Assembly (NCBI GenBank): GCA_041821665.1
Contig: JBGUDT010000006.1
Location: 6,249 to 70,248, forward strand
Direction: 5' to 3'
DNA: 64,000 bases
From: Anaerolineales bacterium
GTDB lineage: Bacteria; Chloroflexota; Anaerolineae; Anaerolineales; E44-bin32
The number at the start of each line of letters is the position of its first letter. The stretch's first letter is position 1. The notes beneath the pieces are model-generated. The model ran no database searches and was not told the origin of the DNA. It was given only the letters and a program-made list of their open reading frames with translations. Both the position numbers and the translations under genes were made by a program. This document shows positions 54,831-63,020 of this stretch, piece by piece.

Positions 54831-56249
54831 ATGTGGATAAAGTATTACACTCCAAAAACCATCGATGAAGCCATCAACCTGTTAGGGGACATGGCGGATC
54901 GAGCCCGCATAGTAGCCGGGGCGACGGATCTCTTGCTGGAACTTGAGCGAGGTCAACGTCCGGGAATCGATGTGTTGATCGATATCAGTCGTATACCTGG
55001 GTTGGATCTTATCTCCATGGATGGGGATCGTATCAGGCTGGGACCGCTCGTAACCCACAACCATTGTGCCGCCTCTAAGTTCATCAGGAAAAGAGCCTTT
55101 ACGCTAGCACGCGCCTGTTGGGAGGTCGGGGCACCTCAAATTCGAAATCGCGGCACAGTAGCAGGTAACCTCATTACGGCTTCGCCGGCGAACGATTCAA
55201 TTCCTGCGCTCATGGCGCTCGGTGCAGAAGTTGAGCTGCGGTCACGAGGGGGGGATCGCACTGTCTCGTTGGCAGATTTCTATACCGGAGTTCGGAAGAC
55301 CGTGATGCGCCCTGACGAAATACTCGCCTCCATCTCCTTCCCGATTCCAGTTGAGAATACACGCAGCACCTTTATCAAGCTGGGTTTGCGACAAGCCCAA
55401 GCTATTGCTGTCATCAATGCGGCAGTACTCATCGAAATGGAGGATGAGACTGTCCAGCGTGCGGTCATCACGCTTGGCTCGGTAGCGCCTACGATCATCC
55501 ACGCAGAGAAGGCGGAATCCTTTCTCATCGGTAAAACACTTTCTTCTGAAGTCATCGATCATGCTGCTGAGCTTGCGGCTCAAGCAGCACAACCAATCGA
55601 TGATTTGCGCAGCTCAGCACAGTATCGCAGGGACATGATCCGCCTCTGCACGAGTAGGGGGTTACGCGCCATTGCCCAGGGGGAAGAGCAAGCATCGTTT
55701 CCGGAGGATCCCGTTCTGCTCTGGGGACCAGGTGAACGACAGATTATGCAGTCAAGAGATGATTCAACTGAGCACAATGGTCAAGAACCCATCGTCACGA
55801 CCATTAATGGAAAGCAATTTTCTTTTACTACTGGATATCGAAAGTCGCTTCTCCGTCTGCTTCGTGAGGAAGGCGAGCTTATCGGAACCAAGGAAGGTTG
55901 TGCTGAAGGTGAGTGCGGTGCATGCACGGTGTTCCTGGACGGCATGGCGGTGATGGCGTGTTTGGTACCAGCACCAAGAGCGCATGGTGCAGAAATTATC
56001 ACCATCGAAGGTCTGGCCGGTGATGAAGAGCTGCACCCTCTGCAGGAAGCGTTTATCGAAGCAGCGGCGGTGCAATGTGGATATTGCACCCCCGGATTTA
56101 TCATGTCTGGTGTGAAGCTTTTAGAAGAAAAAACCACACCCGAGCTCTTTGACATTCAACAGGCCATCAGTGGCAATCTATGCAGATGCACGGGATACTA
56201 CAAAATCATCCATGCCATCGAGATGGCAGCAGAATCTGGAGAGAGATAA
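54831..56249 (+). CDS. Fused FAD-binding + [2Fe-2S] subunit of a xanthine dehydrogenase family enzyme, enzyme 3
   Basis: 472 aa. The N-terminus has AGATDLLLELERG, GTVAGNLITASPANDS and SSAQYRRDM. The C-terminus has GCAEGECGACTV, QCGYCTPG and CRCTGY. Confidence 0.9.
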   Translation: MWIKYYTPKTIDEAINLLGDMADRARIVAGATDLLLELERGQRPGIDVLIDISRIPGLDLISMDGDRIRLGPLVTHNHCAASKFIRKRAFTLARACWEVGAPQIRNRGTVAGNLITASPANDSIPALMALGAEVELRSRGGDRTVSLADFYTGVRKTVMRPDEILASISFPIPVENTRSTFIKLGLRQAQAIAVINAAVLIEMEDETVQRAVITLGSVAPTIIHAEKAESFLIGKTLSSEVIDHAAELAAQAAQPIDDLRSSAQYRRDMIRLCTSRGLRAIAQGEEQASFPEDPVLLWGPGERQIMQSRDDSTEHNGQEPIVTTINGKQFSFTTGYRKSLLRLLREEGELIGTKEGCAEGECGACTVFLDGMAVMACLVPAPRAHGAEIITIEGLAGDEELHPLQEAFIEAAAVQCGYCTPGFIMSGVKLLEEKTTPELFDIQQAISGNLCRCTGYYKIIHAIEMAAESGER

Positions 56250-56346
56250 ACTCTGTATACTTGTAAGAGTGAAGATGGAATGAAGTAACCCATAGGGCGG
56301 CAAGCAGCACGCATCACACAATTACAGGGACGAAAGAGAGGATGCT

Positions 56347-56739
56347 ATGGGGAGAGAGACATATAGATTCGCCGGGCTCGATGATGATAGGACGCAAAGG
56401 AAGAGGTTAGATCCTATCTGGCGTGGTGCTGGTTGCCTCATCATAGTTTTCATCGTGGTATTTGGATATCTCCTAGCCACATGGTTCATTCGAGAAAACT
56501 CTGTCCAGAACTGGATTTTCATTCCGGCCGAAGCATACAATCCAGAAATTCATCCCCTCATCGATCGATATATCGGTAAAGGTATATTGGTTCGCTTATC
56601 CATCACTTTCATACTGATGATATTCAGTTTTGGGATTATTACGTCCATCTATTCCATCGCATTTCCTATTGAACCGAAGGAGATGGATGTGGGTCCTCCA
56701 AGCAAGAGGAGAGCCCGCCGCTGGAAGAAAAAGAGATAA
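56347..56739 (+). CDS. Small 2-TM membrane protein with Lys/Arg-rich C-tail, unknown function
   Basis: 130 aa with RBS AAGAGAGG. TM helices CLIIVFIVVFGYLLATWFI and ITFILMIFSFGIITSIYSIAF. The tail reads SKRRARRWKKKR. Confidence 0.5.
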   Translation: MGRETYRFAGLDDDRTQRKRLDPIWRGAGCLIIVFIVVFGYLLATWFIRENSVQNWIFIPAEAYNPEIHPLIDRYIGKGILVRLSITFILMIFSFGIITSIYSIAFPIEPKEMDVGPPSKRRARRWKKKR

Positions 56740-56743
56740 CATC

Positions 56744-58447
56744 GTGGATCGCACCGTACCGAGAACGGGCTCGGAAGAGATCGAGCTCTACATTCGAACT
56801 TATTATTCTCTTCTGCGCTCAACGACCGATGTTCGCATCCGCACGCTTGAAGAAGTCCATGCGAATATGGGCTCCTCCCTGCACGCTGGTGCTCGTGCAA
56901 CACTGCCTGACACTTCAGCACTTATCTACAGCTCCCTGCGTTTGCCGCCGCAAATCGTCAAGGTCGAGCGGATTGTCTTAGGACAGGGCCCCACGACTTT
57001 TAAGCGACGTGGATTTTCCCAGGTGGAAACCTGGGAACCAGCGAACGCGGTCGCGCGACGACGACGTAGTTTTTTCGATGGTGTCAACACATTGGCATGC
57101 TATATTGCCAGCCGGTCCGACATCGATGACATGGTCCCATTGCTTACTGCGTACCAGATAGAATGGAATAAGCTGCATCGAATGATGCAGGGTGAGCAGG
57201 TTCGAGAGTTCCTAAATGACCCAGTCGAATCCGAAGAGGGTGTCATTTTTCTGGCACACGGTATCGGCATTGACCAGGAGGAACTCGAACGGCTCCTCAT
57301 CATATGGGGGGAAGATTTCTGGACGATCATGCAGAGGATCTCTGAGAAGCCGAAAGATTTCCGAGTTCAGCTTCTTGGGGGAACCCTCAGTGAGTACCGC
57401 CGTGCGACGGAAAATTGGTGGGGTGAGATAGAGAGGAACCTGCCCTCCATTCTCGAGCGCCCGGTGTATTTTGTATCCGGGAATGCGCATAGCATCGTGA
57501 ATCTGCTGAGCGGGTTTGCGCTCCGGCATGAATCTTTGCTTCTGGATTTCATTCGGCAGCCTGAATGTGGCGAGCTCTTGGACGAGTGGCGTGATATTGA
57601 ATCTCGTCAGGTACCCTCGAACCGGGAGAATTTTCTTTACTACACATTAAAGAAATATCTGACCACACCTGAGGGCCAGGAGCTTGTCTCTGCAAGACGG
57701 GAGGCCGAGGGCAAAGCCGGCATCTCCCGTGTTCAAAGTGTGCACGCATTCGACGTGGAAGCCCAATTGATCGAAGTGAAGAATATCCATCACGAGTATA
57801 TGGACCCTCGCCTGCGCCAATCGGATCTCAAGAAACTCGCCAAGAGCGATGCCGTGGTGCTTAATATTGATTACCCGCTTGGAGAGGCTGCTTACCTCAT
57901 TCTTTCTCATCTGGCATCAAGGGTTGGAGAATTACGAGGGGTCTACATCATGGGGAAAGCTGCGACTTTGAATGGTGTCATCGGCGATGTTGCTATCCCG
58001 GCGGTCGTTCACGATGAGCAATCCCAGAACACCTATCTTTTCGACAACTGCTTTAGTGCGATCGACGTTCGAGATCACCTGGTTTACGGGACAGTTCTAG
58101 ATAATCAGAAAGCGGTCAGCGTGCAAGGCACATTCCTGCAAACCCCACGTTATATGGACGTTTTCTATCGTGAGGGGTACACGGATATTGAGATGGAATC
58201 CGGACCTTATCTGTCGGCAGTTTACGAGACTCATCGTCCAAAAAGATACCCAAATAACGAAATCGTAGATATGCACGGCTTATCCTTCGACCTGGGTATT
58301 CTTCATTATGCTTCCGACACACCCCTCAGCGAAGGGAAGAATCTAGGAGCGGGATCGCTCTCATACTTTGGCATGGATCCCACTTATGCGATAAGTATTG
58401 CGATCTTGCGACGAATTCTGCAGCTCGAATCCACACGGACCGAATAA
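56744..58447 (+). CDS. Uncharacterised protein: novel ~350-aa N-terminal region + C-terminal nucleoside phosphorylase/AMP-nucleosidase-like (PNP_UDP_1) domain
   Basis: 567 aa from GTG56744, which lies 5 nt after the previous stop. By eye the C-terminal third aligns block-for-block with AMP nucleosidase/PNP: VVLNIDYPLGEAAYLILSHLA..YIMGKAATLNGVIGDVAIPAVVHDE, TDIEMESGPYLSAV, LGILHYASDTPL. The ORF-track start at 56630 would overlap the previous gene out of frame. Confidence 0.6.
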   Translation: MDRTVPRTGSEEIELYIRTYYSLLRSTTDVRIRTLEEVHANMGSSLHAGARATLPDTSALIYSSLRLPPQIVKVERIVLGQGPTTFKRRGFSQVETWEPANAVARRRRSFFDGVNTLACYIASRSDIDDMVPLLTAYQIEWNKLHRMMQGEQVREFLNDPVESEEGVIFLAHGIGIDQEELERLLIIWGEDFWTIMQRISEKPKDFRVQLLGGTLSEYRRATENWWGEIERNLPSILERPVYFVSGNAHSIVNLLSGFALRHESLLLDFIRQPECGELLDEWRDIESRQVPSNRENFLYYTLKKYLTTPEGQELVSARREAEGKAGISRVQSVHAFDVEAQLIEVKNIHHEYMDPRLRQSDLKKLAKSDAVVLNIDYPLGEAAYLILSHLASRVGELRGVYIMGKAATLNGVIGDVAIPAVVHDEQSQNTYLFDNCFSAIDVRDHLVYGTVLDNQKAVSVQGTFLQTPRYMDVFYREGYTDIEMESGPYLSAVYETHRPKRYPNNEIVDMHGLSFDLGILHYASDTPLSEGKNLGAGSLSYFGMDPTYAISIAILRRILQLESTRTE

Positions 58448-58512
58448 AGACGGATTAAGTGTGCTCGAGTACTTCTGTGGATAATTTCACCTAATTTATT
58501 GAGGCAGGTTGT

Positions 58513-60735
58513 ATGTCTGTACTTGGAAAATCCGTGAATCGACTGGATGCAGAGGGGAAAGTTCGCGGCGCAACCCATTTTCCTGGAGATATTTCACGTC
58601 CCAACCAACTCTATATGAAGATTCGCTTTGCCCATCGTCCGCATGCCCGTATCACCAAGCTCGATACGTCGGCAGCCGAGGCGCTTCCGGGTGTCGTGGC
58701 GGTGTTTACGGCCAAGGATGTCCCGGTGAACGAATACGGTCTCATCATGCCGGACCAACCCGTGCTCTGTGGTCCGGGGTCGGAGAAACCTTACACAGAT
58801 CATGTGCGATTTATCGGGGATCAAATCGCGGCTGTCGTTGCAGAAAGCGAGGAAATTGCGGCTGAAGCTGTCGATCTCATTGACGTGACCTTCGAGGATC
58901 TACCCGTCGTCCTCGATCCCATGGAAGCCATTGGGGACAGCTCAATCCGCGTTCACCCTGAAACGGAGTCGAACGTGTTCTGCCATTACCGCATCCGCAA
59001 AGGGGATGTTGATGAAGGATTCGACCAGTCAGACGTCGTCATTGAGCATGAGTATCGCACACCGGCTCAGGAACATGCTTACCTTCAGCCCGAGGCTGGG
59101 ATCGCTTATATCGATGAGGACGGGCGTGTAACGGTTGAAGTCGCCGGACAGTGGACGCATGAGGATCGTGAGCAAATCGCCCATGCGCTTGGGCTTCCTG
59201 AAGATCGGATCCGAGTCATATATCCTGCTATTGGCGGGGCGTTTGGTGGGCGTGAGGACATGTCTGTGCAGATCGTCCTCGCCCTTGCCGTCTGGAGGTT
59301 GCACGAACGCGGGATCGATCGCCCGGTGAAGATCATCTGGTCACGGGAAGAATCGATTATCGGACATCATAAACGTCACCCCTTTATCATCCGGGCGAAA
59401 TGGGGCGCAACTCGGGATGGGAAAATCGTCGCTGCCGAGTGCGACCTCATCCAGGATGGCGGGGCATACGCTTACACTTCGACCAAGGTGCTCGGAAATG
59501 CCATCCTCATGTGCACCGGTCCCTATCTCATTCCACATGTGAAGGTGGATGCCCGCTCGGTTTATACAAATCACATCCCCGGGGGGGCGTTCCGTGGTTT
59601 TGGTGGACCTCAAGGTGCGTTTGCGGCTGAGAGCCAGATGAACAAGCTGGCTGAAGAACTTGGCATGGACCCTGTTGAGATCCGGGCTCGAAATATCTTG
59701 AAAGAGGGCGATAACCTCTCAGTAGGATCTCCACTTCCTGAGGGTGTTTCAATCGATCAGGTTCTCGCCGGTGCTGCCGAGGAAGGCGGGTGGGAGCTTT
59801 CCAGTGAGGGTTGGAGACGGTTGACTAAGCCCGAGGGACCCGAAGAGCCCCATCTCCGGCGGGGAATCGGCATGGCATGTGGTTTTAAAAATGTGGGATT
59901 CTCCTTTGGAGCGCCAGAGCGATGCTGGGCTGAAGTGGAACTTCATGGAGAGGATAAAATCGAAGAAGTCGTGCTGCACCATGCTGGGGCGGATATGGGG
60001 CAGGGTGCCCACACGGTAATGGCACAAATGGTCGCGGATGCGGTCGGTGTCGAACTGGAAAAGGTTCGTCTGCTTGTCTCGGATACTGCCACATCGGAAA
60101 ATTCCGGATCGGCATCAGCTTCACGGCTGACTTTTATGTCTGGAAACTCGATAAGAGGCGCCGCAGAGGCGGCGCTGGAGAAATGGCGGAACGAAGAGCG
60201 ACCCGCAATTGCTATGTTCACCTACCATGCGCCCCCAACGACACCTTTGGATCCCGAAACCGGTGAATCGGATCCCAATTTCGCCTATGGATATGTTGCA
60301 CAAGTTGCCGCGGTGGAGGTTGATACGGAAACGGGGGTGGTGCGGATATTGGAGATCATCTCGGCAAACGATGTCGGACGAGCGCTCAACCCCATTCAGA
60401 TAGAGGGACAGATCGAGGGCGCGGTCGTTCAAGCCGCAGGGTATGTGTTGCTAGAAGATTTTCAGAACCATGGCGGCTTCGTTCAGACCGACCTTCTATC
60501 CACTTACCTCATCCCGACGGTCCTGGACGTCCCGACCAGGGTTAAATCCGTCATCGTTGAACATCCCGATCCGATAGGTCCGTGGGGGGCACGCGGGATG
60601 GCGGAGATGCCCTATATTCCGCTCGCCCCAGCCGTGACGGCTGCTGTGCATGATGCCATCGGTATTTGGTTTGATGAATTTCCGCTGACCCAGGAGAGGG
60701 TGTATCAGAAGATAAAACCCTCTCTCGAGACATGA
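58513..60735 (+). CDS. Molybdopterin-binding large subunit, xanthine dehydrogenase family, enzyme 3 (candidate selenium-dependent hydroxylase)
   Basis: 740 aa. The a/b-hammerhead region has GKVRGATHFPGD. Also present are IGGAFGGREDMSV, GAFRGFGGPQ and GARGMAEMP. It is followed with a 4-nt overlap by yqeB. Confidence 0.9.
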   Translation: MSVLGKSVNRLDAEGKVRGATHFPGDISRPNQLYMKIRFAHRPHARITKLDTSAAEALPGVVAVFTAKDVPVNEYGLIMPDQPVLCGPGSEKPYTDHVRFIGDQIAAVVAESEEIAAEAVDLIDVTFEDLPVVLDPMEAIGDSSIRVHPETESNVFCHYRIRKGDVDEGFDQSDVVIEHEYRTPAQEHAYLQPEAGIAYIDEDGRVTVEVAGQWTHEDREQIAHALGLPEDRIRVIYPAIGGAFGGREDMSVQIVLALAVWRLHERGIDRPVKIIWSREESIIGHHKRHPFIIRAKWGATRDGKIVAAECDLIQDGGAYAYTSTKVLGNAILMCTGPYLIPHVKVDARSVYTNHIPGGAFRGFGGPQGAFAAESQMNKLAEELGMDPVEIRARNILKEGDNLSVGSPLPEGVSIDQVLAGAAEEGGWELSSEGWRRLTKPEGPEEPHLRRGIGMACGFKNVGFSFGAPERCWAEVELHGEDKIEEVVLHHAGADMGQGAHTVMAQMVADAVGVELEKVRLLVSDTATSENSGSASASRLTFMSGNSIRGAAEAALEKWRNEERPAIAMFTYHAPPTTPLDPETGESDPNFAYGYVAQVAAVEVDTETGVVRILEIISANDVGRALNPIQIEGQIEGAVVQAAGYVLLEDFQNHGGFVQTDLLSTYLIPTVLDVPTRVKSVIVEHPDPIGPWGARGMAEMPYIPLAPAVTAAVHDAIGIWFDEFPLTQERVYQKIKPSLET

Positions 60736-61547
60736 ATTGTGCAGCCCCCCTCGTTCTGATCCGGGGAGGGGGTGACCTCGCAACAAGTGTCGCTGTTCGC
60801 CTTCACCGCTGTGGTTTCCACGTCGTCATCACAGAAATTAAAAAACCACTCGCCGTCCGCCGACTAGTCGCTTTCGCGCAGGCTGTTTATGCATCCGAGT
60901 GTCTGGTGGAGGACGTCCGTGGCAGGCTGGCAGCGAATCCCTCTGAAGCAATTAGCATCCTGGAAGACGGGGATGTCCCTGTGATGATTGATCCTCCCGC
61001 GGATTGCTGTAAAGAATTGGAACCCGCCGTGCTTGTGGATGCACGCATGCGTAAGGTAGCCCCCGAGATCGGGTCGGAAGCTGCTGACTTTGTCGTTGCT
61101 TTGGGACCGGGATTCAGAGTTGGGCGGGATTGTCATGCCGTCGTCGAAACCAACCGCGGTCACGACATGGGTCGGGTGATATGGGAGGGGAGTGCGGAAG
61201 CTGATACTTCGGTGCCAGAATCCGTTGTCGGAAATGATGTCGATCGTGTCCTCAGGTCCCCTGATGACGGTATGCTCATGGGCGGCATCCCGCTGACAAG
61301 TCTTGTGGATGAAGGTGATCAAGTCGCCTGTGTGGGGAATACGACCATCATTGCGCCCTTTCGTGGAATTTTGCGTGGTCTTCTCCACGACGGTGTTTCA
61401 GTACACGCAGACATGAAAGTGGGAGACCTCGATCCGCGCATGGAGCCTACTTATGCCACGCGGATTTCCGATAAGGCGCTCGCCGTCGGTGGGGGTGTCC
61501 TGGAAGCGATTTTGTCTCAAAAGGAAATCCGGAAAACACTGAGGTAA
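60732..61547 (+). CDS. yqeB: YqeB-family selenium-dependent molybdenum hydroxylase system protein
   Basis: 271 aa. LVLIRGGGDLATSVAVRLHRCGFHVVITEIKKPLAVRRLVAFAQAVY matches my recollection of the EF2563/YqeB family N-terminus. Genomic context supports the call. Confidence 0.75.
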   Translation: MNCAAPLVLIRGGGDLATSVAVRLHRCGFHVVITEIKKPLAVRRLVAFAQAVYASECLVEDVRGRLAANPSEAISILEDGDVPVMIDPPADCCKELEPAVLVDARMRKVAPEIGSEAADFVVALGPGFRVGRDCHAVVETNRGHDMGRVIWEGSAEADTSVPESVVGNDVDRVLRSPDDGMLMGGIPLTSLVDEGDQVACVGNTTIIAPFRGILRGLLHDGVSVHADMKVGDLDPRMEPTYATRISDKALAVGGGVLEAILSQKEIRKTLR

Positions 61548-61551
61548 GATT

Positions 61552-62880
61552 TTGAGACTCACGGATGCACTCCGCATTCGACCTGGTATAGTTGCGGCTT
61601 TGACTGGCGCGGGTGGAAAGTCAACCGCCATGGGTCTTATTGCGCGTGAACTTAAGGGACAAATCCCCCTCCTTCTGACGACCACAACCAAATTGGGATT
61701 AGAACAATCGGATCTTGCCGAAAACCACGTCGTCCTTGAGGGGGATGAGCTAGATTTGGAGCTTGAATCTGTGATTGGGGAAGGGGCCTCAGTCTTAATC
61801 ACGGGTCCACGGGGCGATGATGGGTTGAAGTGGTCGGGGATATCGTTAGATTTACTCAGCAAACTTATCGTGCAGTCCAAGGATATTAACGCGGTGACGA
61901 TCGTCGAGGCAGATGGATCTCGTGGACGATCTCTTAAGTTTCCAGCTGAACATGAGCCGGTCGTACCACGAGAGACCGACCTCGTTGTCCCAGTAGTTGG
62001 GCTCGATGTGATCGGCAAAGAGCTTCATGAAAGCGACGTACATCGTGCGGTGCGTTTCAGCGAACACCTTTGTATAGACCTCGGCGCTTTGGTCAAATGT
62101 GATCACATCATCCAATATTTTTCCGACAAGAGAGGGGGTTTGAAAAGGGTCCCCTCTGGTTCTGATGTACGAGTTCTTTTAAATAAGACAGATTCGGAAA
62201 TTGAGCTGCGCCATGGTAGAGAAATCGCAGATGGTCTCATCCAGAACAAAGCAATTCGTTCCGTATGTTTAGGTTCAATGCTTTCCAGCGACCCTATCAT
62301 TGAAAGTGCTTCGCGTGTCGCGGCCGTGATCCTCGCAGCGGGAGGTTCGACCAGGATGGGTGGTGCAAAGGTGACACTCGAATGGGATGGGAAACCGATG
62401 ATCACACGGGCGGTTGGGGCGGCAAGGGAAGCGGGGTTATGGCCGATCACTGTTGTGATAGGAGCATACGGCGAACTTGTCCAAGAGGCGCTGCAAGGTG
62501 AGCCGGTGGAAATTGTGGAGAACGAAGCCTGGGAAGAAGGGCAGAGTTCATCCGTAAAAGCCGGCCTGGATGCGGTTCGGGATCGGGCTGAGGCCGTCGT
62601 CTTTCTTCTGGCGGATATGCCGCTTGTGGATGGGGAACTGGTAAAAGCGCTGGTGAATGAACACAGAAAGACATTAAGTCCCATCATCGCGCCATGGGTG
62701 GGAGGAAGGCGCGGGAATCCAATTCTGTTCGATGCGAACACGTTTCATGCGTTGGAAGGATTAAGCGGGGATCAGGGGGCGCGTGCTTTGACCAATCAGT
62801 TTCCTGTTAGCCGAATAGAATGGGATGAGCGTGCTCTGATCGATGTAGACTTTCCTGGCGATCTTCCGAGAATCTCTTAA
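61552..62880 (+). CDS. Fusion protein: YqeC-family selenium cofactor biosynthesis protein + MocA-like molybdenum cofactor cytidylyltransferase
   Basis: 442 aa with a TTG start. The N-terminal ~240 aa carry P-loop VAALTGAGGKSTAM and VEADGSR (YqeC-like). The C-terminal ~190 aa carry AAVILAAGGSTRMGGAKV, GQSSSVKAG and LADMPLV (MobA/MocA NTP-transferase). Confidence 0.8.
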   Translation: MRLTDALRIRPGIVAALTGAGGKSTAMGLIARELKGQIPLLLTTTTKLGLEQSDLAENHVVLEGDELDLELESVIGEGASVLITGPRGDDGLKWSGISLDLLSKLIVQSKDINAVTIVEADGSRGRSLKFPAEHEPVVPRETDLVVPVVGLDVIGKELHESDVHRAVRFSEHLCIDLGALVKCDHIIQYFSDKRGGLKRVPSGSDVRVLLNKTDSEIELRHGREIADGLIQNKAIRSVCLGSMLSSDPIIESASRVAAVILAAGGSTRMGGAKVTLEWDGKPMITRAVGAAREAGLWPITVVIGAYGELVQEALQGEPVEIVENEAWEEGQSSSVKAGLDAVRDRAEAVVFLLADMPLVDGELVKALVNEHRKTLSPIIAPWVGGRRGNPILFDANTFHALEGLSGDQGARALTNQFPVSRIEWDERALIDVDFPGDLPRIS

Positions 62881-63020
62881 CACAACCTACCCGGCAAAGG
62901 AGTTTAATAACTGAAGTACAATCCACCCCTTTACAGCTGGCGTAGCATCAAGCGGGGCATTCAATTGTATAATGCAGATAAAGGTGTTTCGCATTGGAAT
63001 AAACATTGGTTGAAAGCATC

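Noticed and set aside
56630-56743. Upstream extension of the 605-aa ORF overlapping the small membrane protein gene.
   Set aside because: It is out of frame with the better-supported 130-aa ORF and overlaps it. GTG56744, 5 nt after that gene's stop, gives a coupled arrangement. The start remains uncertain.
37995-62880. Searched for in-frame TGA (selenocysteine) interruptions or split ORFs in the hydroxylase, YqeB and YqeC genes.
   Set aside because: All ORFs are continuous with no apparent TGA-split pairs. This is consistent with the labile-selenium (non-Sec) type, so no selenoprotein call is made.
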